Source: the human T2T-CHM13v2.0 reference genome, Homo sapiens. Taken from it: a DNA stretch of 64,000 nucleotides. A program made the translations under genes and the position numbers. How positions within the stretch are numbered: the stretch's first letter is position 1; the number at the start of each line of letters is the position of its first letter. The stretch lies in the NCBI RefSeq assembly GCF_009914755.1, contig NC_060928.1; one strand, written 5' to 3'. The notes beneath the pieces were generated by a model, which saw only the letters and a list, made by a program, of their open reading frames with translations, was not told the DNA's origin and made no database searches. Positions 53,989-64,000 of the stretch are shown here, piece after piece.

Positions 53989-54559
53989 CTAGGGAGGCAA
54001 AGTAGAAGAGTTCCATATTGAAGAGTAAAATTTCAATCAGTGAAAAATAACAAATATTTTATGACACTATAACATTCATGTATTCATTTAAAAAAACATT
54101 AAACTCATAAAATGAGTAAGGTGTATACTCTTGAAAACCTAAAAGCAGTAGAATAAAAACGACTTAAGATTTATTTAAATAATTTTAAAACACAGTGGAA
54201 AAAGACAACAGTAAGATATATACAAATGCAAATCTATGGCATTCCAGTATATGTATACTTTTTTTTTTTTGGCTGAAGAATCTGTGACAACTTCTGAAAG
54301 ATGTAGTCACTGAATTAATTATTTAGGCAAAAGCCTAATCATACCTCATGCTTGAAGACCGACACATTTAGCAAATATGCCTATGAAGCTCATATAAAGC
54401 TAGTATAATTCACACTGAGTACATCTTTCCCCATCTCTATTGACACTTGCATTGTAACAAGAGTTACTGTGACTTCTGCAGTCCCTTTCTCTTTCTCTCT
54501 AAGATTTCACATCTGCATCAATTAATCGCCTTCACAAGATAGAATAAAATCCATGCACA

Positions 54560-54930
54560 GGCTTTTTTATCTGTTGGATCATGCTTCAGGATTTTTGTAT
54601 TTGCTTTCCGATTTATCTTTGAGTTCTGGGCTTCACATTTATTTGCAAAACCAGCTTCTTCTCTTCATTCAGCTCTCAGTTCTAGTCACCTCAACTTAGA
54701 GATCTTCCTTAACAAACCACCACAAATTATCACCTATTCCTTCTACCCCAGTTGCACTCTATTCTTCTTTTAAAAAAAACATCAGAACATTAGAAATTAT
54801 TTTTCTTATTCAGTTGTTACTTGTTTATTATATCTATCACCAAAGAATTAAAGTTTCATTTCATGTTTGTTCCTATTCATGACAACAGCATATAATACAC
54901 AACTACTCATTAAAAAGTGTTTAATATCTA
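54560..54930 (+). mobile_element. L2 fragment
   Basis: 'cttctctcttcattcagctctcag...tcacctcaacttagagatcttcct'. Confidence 0.45.
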
Positions 54931-55169
54931 TATATCTGCACACTCTCTCCATCATTTTTTTTCTTGAATTCTCCACTTCCCAGCCCTGTGCATACATTAA
55001 AAATTTCCTACTTTCCAAAATACATGTTTGGTAAGAGTATCAGCTTGCATACAATTTTGTAGGAAACAAATCTAAGAAGGCAAATAAACCAAATATGAAA
55101 CTGATGAACTCATTCTTTACCTTTTCCTGAACAAAGTGAGGTATTACACAACAGAAAAGGGGATGGCCT

Positions 55170-55370
55170 TTGACATCAATCATACTAAGTTTGAACTTCA
55201 CCTTTGCCTGCTGGGTAATTTGAAAAAGTTGGCCCATTTGAAACTCTGTCTTTCATCTAAAAAATGAAAAGTATGTAACAATATCTTTTTCAGCTGTGAA
55301 AATCAAATGAATTTGTTTACATAAAAGCATAGATAAAAAACTTTCTGATATATAGTTGATATTCAATAAA
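55170..55370 (+). mobile_element. MIR
   Basis: core-like 'tgctgggtaatttgaaaaagtt...ctctgtctttcatctaaaaaatg'. Confidence 0.5.
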
Positions 55371-56798
55371 GACTTCCTTCTTTCCTCTTTTGCCTTATTC
55401 CCTCAGGCTAATCAAAATTCCAAACTAGACTAGAGTCAGAATTCTAATTTGCATTAGGCCTACACAGTGATGCGTAATAGGCCTGAAGGTAAACTATTTT
55501 GCCTTGGGCCTCCCAGGCAAGTATCATTTTAGATGACTGCCTCAGAAATGTTAGACTTACGAGAGGGAATGTTCCATTAAATTAATGCCTAAATCTTAAT
55601 TTAAGAAAACTAATTGAATTGTGAAGAAAAAAGCTACTGCTTAAATGTCTTTGGTTTTGGAAGATATAAAGCAAGTGTAAAAATGTTTCGTGAAATCATC
55701 AACATCCTTGAAATTTCCAAGTGTATTTTTCCACAGTAAAAAGCTACACTTTCTTTTAATTATTTTATAGTCTTCCATATATTTGAATGTTACCTTTCTT
55801 AATTGAAACTAATGTGTTTGTTTTTCTTACTCAATCTCAAAAGACATTTATCTATTGTATTCTTCACGTCAAATAAAATAAGCTTTCGGATTGTATTTGT
55901 CTTTCAAAAGAGTTTACTGGTTTTCTATTTTATTAATTTCAAATTTTAGTTTTGTTTTCCCCTTTTCTTACTTTTTGGTTTCCTTTGTTGTTATATTTTT
56001 CTTTTTGGTCAAGTTTATTAAGATAAATACTCAGGTATTTCTTCTTTAATAATGATGATCTGTATTAGCTGATTGTCTAATTAGCTTTATCCAAAAGAAA
56101 AATAAATTTCTTACATATCTTATATTTTATATATTATGACAAAAGGTAGTTTTGCAACTTGGAGGAAGGTGCTGATGGAATTTAGGCTCCTACCCTTCTG
56201 TAGAAACTAGGAGATAGAGGCTTCATTTTCCTTGATCATTAAATTAAAAAGAAAAGAATTCCTTGAGAAAGAAATTCCTATGTGTAAATTTGGCAAGATG
56301 ATTATTTAGCTTTTATGAAAATTTCCATACATTTCAAAGAGAAAAAGTAAAGGAATTGTAATTACAAAAGTTTTCTAAAATAAATGCTGTAAGAAAATTA
56401 AGTAAGTTGGAGTCTCCTCTACTATTTTCAGTCAACAGAATTAATCCTCTTTTTTTAAATTTGTATTTGCAATTATGAAAGAAAGAGTTTCTAGGTGAAA
56501 AGCTTTTTCAGGCACACAGCTTTGCCAGGAGGCTTGCTATCTGCCTCCAAACTCCAAGCATTTAAAGCCTTGGGTGAGACATTAATTGAATTTGATCTAA
56601 GGAGTAAAGAAGCATGGATTCACTGGAGCTTCCATCTTTCCAGCATTATTGAAACTGACCCCAGGAAAAGAGGAAATGTGTTACACATATTGCGTGGTGA
56701 AACCCAACAGAAAAGTATGTAAAAAGGTATCACTAAAAGGAGGCAGGAAGATATGTCCCTTAGTCTAATAGGTTAGATAAAGGACAGAGCCTGATACC

Positions 56799-56833
<35 letters not shown>

Positions 56834-58668
56834 GCACTATAGCTTGGAGGATTCTGACACAAGTGTGCTGGGAGGTACATTTTGAGAAACACTCCACTAA
56901 GACATTGAGAACTTCAGGAAGATAGAATGTGTGAAATTTTATCTCAGATACAACAACCTATTGGCCAAACATACAAGGGAGGACAAAAATGAGAAGGTAA
57001 ACATGAAGCTCAAGTAAGGAAAATCTAGACTTAGAAGCTGGCAAAATATGAACATGTCCATGCGATAATAGATTCAAAAATGTACAAAAATGATCTATAG
57101 AAACTTTTAGTCCTCTTCTTTATCTCCGTAGCATTTAATAGTGCTTAATATCATTATCTTTTCAAACATTACCTCTCCACTTTCAACACTTTAACAATGT
57201 ACGTGCTTTTTATAATTTCTTTTTGATATTTCTGCTCCTTTTTCTTATTGTTTTTTAAGTATTCCTTGCCCATAAACATAGGCATCATCCAAGGCTAACT
57301 TTCTAGGTATCTTAAATTTCTTCCTCAAAATAACGATATCCAATAATAAATTAATTTCTGTTAATAAGTTTCATGGAGATTTTCATCAATGGTATTGTCA
57401 TTAGCCACGGCGACCATCTGTTTCTTTGACACTTTGATGGATAACACACAATGTAGGTTCAAAAAAAATGTCCAGGGAGCCAAATATGTGATTAATATGT
57501 AAGTTATGTACTCTGATGTTGCAGAAAGGAAGAAATTTAAGTAAAAATGAATGTGGGTAGTAGATTTCAGAAAAGTTTTCAAGTGTCAAGGAAGAAGACG
57601 TGCACAAAGACTAGGAATCCAAGATAAAAGTGTTAAATGATGAGCTTCTATAAAAGAGTTGAGAATATTGCTTGGAGGTTAGGAGTGGCATCTATAATGA
57701 AAGGAATGTGAATAATTTTTTATTAATTGTTAAATTATTAACATTAACAACTATTTTTTATTATTTTTAAAGTTATTATTTTAGAACCAATTATTATGTT
57801 CTGGTATTGTGAAAATTTCTTTTGTATTCTTAATCTCATTTAAATCTCACCTTTGTAGAAGAACTAATACTATTTTCACTTTACACATGAAAAAGCTGTG
57901 GTTGGAGGGACAGTCCCAGCCCCTGTAAGAATACTTTGCTAGGTGCTTACTCTCTCTCTCTCTCTTTTTTTTTTCTAGTTGTTAAATGCTTTGTGGATAA
58001 TTATTTTTAAAAGCAAGAACTAGATGGTCAAGTATCAGAGCCTTTCATTTCTCAGACTGCCAAAGATGTGATCTGTAATGTGCCATCTATTAAGAGTTAA
58101 ACTCAATTTTTACAAGATTGTGCCTAGCTTAAAAATTCTATGAATCTATAATTTTTAAAAGCAAACTTACTTAAAGGCTTTATATTATTTGATTTATTTG
58201 CTTAAGGCAGTGTACGTCCTAATATTGTTTAGTACTTTCACACAGAAATGCTATATTGTGTATATTCTGAATTTGATTCTGCCCAACTATGCCCACACAG
58301 TAGTAATTTGAAATGATTCTATGGATGTGGTGGGATAGTAATGTTTCAGGACCTGGTTTCAAAAGTAAGTCTCTAGGAATCAAAGCCCCAAATTAAAATC
58401 TAGTAGCACCTTCCACCCTTCAGTTTTCCCATAAAATATCCATTATGATTCTCACACATCAGAAATACAGAATCAAGCCTTTAGGAAAGTCAAGAGTCAC
58501 CAAAGTTTTTGTTTTTAACTTTTGTATTGACTTTAATGTATAACTATTCCACTAGTAGGCTTGAAGAAACCCAGTCCATTTTTCTATTTTAATCATCATA
58601 TGATCAATAAATGATCCTAGGGTTAATTAACTGTCTGCTTGGTTATTTATGTATTTATTCTTGATCTA

Positions 58669-59112
58669 TAGATGCTCTTCAACTTCCCATGGAGTTATGA
58701 ATGGATAAACCCATCGTAAACTGAAAATATCATTAAGTTGAAAATTCATTTAAAGCATCTAACCTACTGAATGTCACAGCTTAGCTTAACCTACCTTAAA
58801 TGTGCTTAGAACACTTACATTAGCCAACATTTGTGAAAATCATCTAATAGAAAGCCGATTTCATAATAAAGTCTATGAATATCTCATAGACTTTCTTGAT
58901 ACACTGCACTGTAGAGTACAGTATCAGTTATTTAGCATCATGAACTGCAGCTCACTACCATTGCCCAACATCACTAGAAAGAATTGCGTTGCATATCGCT
59001 AGCCTGGGAAAAGATCCAAATTCCAAGTATAATTTCTGTGAAATGCCTTTAACTTTCACATCCCACTGTTAGAAAACTGTAAGTCAAGCCATCGTAAGTC
59101 AGGGACTGTCTG
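58669..59112 (+). mobile_element. Tigger3 (Golem) non-autonomous DNA transposon
   Basis: TIRs 'tagatgctcttcaacttcccatgg' and 'ccatcgtaagtcagggactgtctg' with TA flanks; 'ataaacccatcgtaa', 'agaacacttacattagcc'. Confidence 0.85.
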
Positions 59113-59734
59113 TATTTGTTTTTTTTTTCTCTCTCTTTACTATGCATTTATGCTGTTTTTATCCTTTAAATTACTGAAACTTGCTTACTAACTGATAGAT
59201 GTTGGGCCACTCTACTGATAAGGCTTTCTATTTTTAAATATGCTTTCGGCACGCACACAAAAAAATGACATGAAAGTCTCCTTTCTGTTCCAGAAATGGA
59301 CAACAGTCCAGGAGAAAATTATTACGCGATATATACTATACAAGATTTTTAAGATCATTAATATGTTATATTTGAAGAAAGATAGACAAGAACTTGAGCT
59401 ACGGAAGATAATAAACCATGGTGTTTGCATTTGTTTGTTCTTGAGGTAATTTGTATCCTGCTGTGATGCCCAGAGCCCAAACCACAATTACTGTAAACAA
59501 CATAAGTGGATATTGTTCTTATACAATAATTGCTAGTTACGTATGAGAAAACTGAGAATGTGAAAAAAAATGAATATTTCAATGGGAAACAGTAGATATA
59601 ATGGTTTCATTTTTATGATTACAAATAATTACCAGTAACTATTAAGTCAAAGGCAAGCTGCAGATATATTTGAAATGTGAAACCCTGCAAACAATTGTCC
59701 TGGTGTGGTTTTAGATTGTGCTTTTCTGTTTTTA

Positions 59735-60080
<346 letters not shown>

Positions 60081-60321
60081 AAAGAAGAGATCCAAGTCAT
60101 TTCATGAACCAGGTTAGTAGAGGCATTTGATTCTCTTTTCATTTTGGTAACTTGAGTCACCAGCATTTTGGGTCTCAGGACTGAATCCTTTATTTTCCCC
60201 GTTCCGGTTACCCCATAATGCTTACCCTGTTTTCTTATTTTCATGCTTAAATTATTCCTCTCTTCAGTAGAAAGCATTCTGACATCTCATTCTGCCTTAA
60301 GTCAGCATCAGAAACTCATTG

Positions 60322-60656
<335 letters not shown>

Positions 60657-61025
60657 CCTCATTTATTCTTTCACAAATATTTTTATTCCACTTCTCTGCA
60701 TCAGTTCCTGTGCCGAGAAGTGAGGATACATATTGAACAAGACTTCCATGATCCCTTTTCTTATAGAGTTTAGAGTTCATTGGAGAAAAAAGTAACGTTA
60801 AGCTAGTAATATTCATAAAGTGTGATAAGGGGTAGAGTAAGGGAAGTACAAACATAATGTGTGGAACTCATCTTGTTAAAGTCAAATAATGCCTCTTAAA
60901 AAATAAATGTTTAGGGTGAGATGTGAGGGATATGTTGGAAAGAAGATGTAGTAAAATGTAATAGGTATTGAAAACCTATGAAAATATCTTCAAATGAGGG
61001 TTAGTTTAGTATATTTAGACAATTA

Positions 61026-61594
61026 TGTTGGGATTCACTCAGGATGGTGGCAGAAGTATTAAAAGGAAATATTAGGGAGAGTTATAGGGAATAGTCATAA
61101 ACTTTTCGGAAGGCTCAAAGGTTACATAGCTTGTAATAATTGAACAGGCTGAAGGCAGCCGGTTCTTACCTTAGAGCATTAGGTCATAGGTTAAATACTA
61201 GGGACAATAGAGCCTTCCCCAGTTAAGTCTGTTTACTCTACCTCCATTAACTAACCTTTGAGCCAGATGGCCCTCTCAGGTGGAGGTCAACCAAGGATAT
61301 TCCCCCTAATGGTATTTTCCTTAGACTGTGGTACCTGAGCTTTAATCATTCCTAGAACTACTCTCTTAACCATTTTAATTATCCACAAGTGTGTTTACTC
61401 AAAGCTTCTGTTGTTAATTGTATACTAAATAAATGCCTGGAATGAGAGCTGCTCAGGACCAGTGCAGCGACAAACCTCTCTTGTTGTGCAGGCAGTCGGA
61501 CACTCAGCAGGACTGGCAAAGCAGAATATCTGTGTGTTAGTGTATGTTTTATTCATCCACTGTTTGGGTCAGGGTCTGTAGGCAATACCTCAGA
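61026..61594 (+). mobile_element. ERV1 solo LTR (LTR6A/B, HERV-S71 family)
   Basis: TGTTGGGATTCACTCAGGATGGTGGCAG start; AATAAA at ~61428; ATTA on both flanks. Confidence 0.75.
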
Positions 61595-61730
61595 ATTAAA
61601 ATAGAGTGATTGTACTTTATTCTAAAACAAATGATAAATCATTAAAAATGTTAGGAAGTAAAATTATTGATCAAGACTGAATGTGTATGGAAATGGTTTG
61701 GAGTCAGAGTGATAAGATAACACATGCAGA

Positions 61731-62055
<325 letters not shown>

Positions 62056-62566
62056 CACATGAAGCTACTCACGTAGCATTGATGGACACGTCTCAAGGTC
62101 TTGCTCCTACGGCTGCTTGCAGACTGCTCCTCTCCCATCCTCTTGTGACTCTGGAAAAATTTTTTTTTGAGGCTTAAGCCATGGGCTACCCATCGTATAG
62201 TGCTTGTTGTCTGTATTCTTCACCTACTTTCAGACTTTCAGCCCCTTACAATCATGGAAGTCTAAATATTTGTCACAGTCTTCCCCATTTACAAATTCTG
62301 CTATTTTTCTTAGCATTTAAAGTTGTGTAAGTTTTACCTGGATAAGAAGACAGGAAGAGTTGCTTGTACTGAAACAGGGATTGCAAGCTTCTTGTAATTT
62401 GTGCATTTGCATGAGGTTGCATCAGCTCAGAGCAAGGTCTGCTTTTTTGCCAAGCGGAGAAGCATTTTATAATTCATACTTCCAGCAGGAATAACTCTCC
62501 TCTAAGCCATACAAAGATGTTTTAGGTTTTAGTTATATTAGCACATTAACTATAGGTTTCAATATC

Positions 62567-63047
62567 TGCATTAGTTGTCAATTGTGTAACAATCATCTAC
62601 TAACTTGGTGCTTTAATATAATGGTTTATTATTTTTTCAGATTTTTGTGGATTCACTTAGGTTCAGCTGGGTAATTCTTCTGTAGATTTTGCTGGAGGCC
62701 AGTCCCTTATGCAGCTCCATTCAGCTGGCAACTCAGCTGGGGTGAAAATATGCAAGATGGCCTTCATCTTCCAGGATCCCACATATATGGCTTCTAATCA
62801 TTCAATGTCTAGCCTGGTTTTCCTTACATAAGGGAGACTGAACTCAAAAGGGAGAAGCAGAATCCACTACATTCTGGGCTCAAGAACCCCAAGTATGTCA
62901 TTTGCACCACATTTAATATAAAAACAAGTCACAAGAATAACTCATATTCAAGAGAACAGGAAATAGAATTTATCTCTTGATGTGAGGAACAATATGCTCA
63001 CATGGCCATAGAAGGAATTAGTGGTTATATTTGGAGATTACTTACCA
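62567..63047 (-). mobile_element. MLT1-type solo LTR (J/K-like)
   Basis: 'ggttcagctgggtaattcttctg', 'caagatggccttca', 'tatctcttgatgtgagg'. Confidence 0.6.
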
Positions 63048-63770
63048 CTTTCTCTTTTCTCCTACACTCTATGTCTCAGAGATTTGTGCCAAGTTGCTTA
63101 AACATTTTGTATCTCACTGTCTTTCTACATGAAAAAAGGATGTTAGAAAGCTATTTATTTCATAGTGCTTTTGGGTCCAATTTAGTCCTTGTATATCACT
63201 TAAAACAAGATCTGACACATGGCTTATTAATAATTGTAACAATTATTATTATTATTACTATTACTATCTTTTTCATTGTAATCACTATCATTTTAATTCT
63301 TCCTCAATTTATAGCAGGTCTACAATATGTATTATTTGCTTACTTAGCAACTTAACCACTTAGTTACTTAGCAACTTAAGTATTATAAGTTAATTATTTG
63401 CTACAAATAATTAAAATGTTTCTCTAATATATGATATAAACTTTGAAAGCACAGTAAGAACTATTCTCCAGGCTAACAAGATTAAGCAATCGCCATCTGT
63501 AAATATTACATTTAGATCAATCATTTCAAATTCAGTAGGTGTTTGCCTTTCTGCACTAATAAGTTGTAATGGCTACTGCAGTACCCAGAAAGAGATCATG
63601 AAAATCAAAATATATTGAAGTGCCCTTTTCAAAAACCTTTAGACTAGATGGGATCCTACTAACATTGATATCATTTTAAGGTAATAAATAACTTGAAATT
63701 TGTTGTGTTATAGAAAACATGACACCATGTTCTTTCACCACTTACAAAACCAAACAGATAAAGAATTCCA

Positions 63771-64000
63771 GGCTGGGGGCGGTGGCTCATGCCTGTAATC
63801 CCAGCACTTTGGGAGGCCAAGGCGGGCAGATCACGAGGTCAGGAGATCAAGACCATCCTGGCCAACATGGTGAAACCCTGTTTCTACTAAGAATACAAAA
63901 ATTAGCTGGGCATAGTGGCACGCTCCTGTTAGTCCCAGCTACTTTGTAGGCTGAGGCAGGAGCATCACTTGAATCCAGGAGGCAGAGGATGCAGTGAGCC
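63771..64000 (+). mobile_element. AluSc-like, cut by the window end
   Basis: 'gatcacgaggtcaggagatcaagaccatcctggccaacatgg'. Confidence 0.93.

Noticed and set aside
56802-56829. Orphan T28 as a retrocopy tail
   Set aside because: No TSD or attached body; it lies beside a MER5-like remnant and is best read as a homopolymer expansion.

Overview
AT-rich, repeat-dense human genomic DNA, intergenic or deep intronic. Human origin is indicated by an L1HS-Ta element. No cellular protein-coding gene is recognisable, and every long ORF in the track is LINE-1 ORF1/ORF2. The main feature is a nearly full-length young L1HS Ta-1 (18048-23981) with an unusually long, ~4.4 kb twin-primed 5' inversion and a 13-bp TSD. 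It lies about 400 bp from an older L1PA. A TSD-flanked L1PA5-like element with a ~2.36 kb internal deletion lies at 47231-50991. The rest is Alus, MaLR/ERV solo LTRs, L2/MIR and DNA-transposon fossils. Points worth follow-up: several retrotransposon junctions containing short copies of their own target site, a CpG-retaining unassigned island at ~32.6-33.3 kb with a CAG|GTAAGA site, and a pair of candidate minus-strand exons at 53.3-54.0 kb. I found no convincing novel multi-gene system. Subfamily calls are from remembered consensus sequences, and boundaries of old repeats are approximate.
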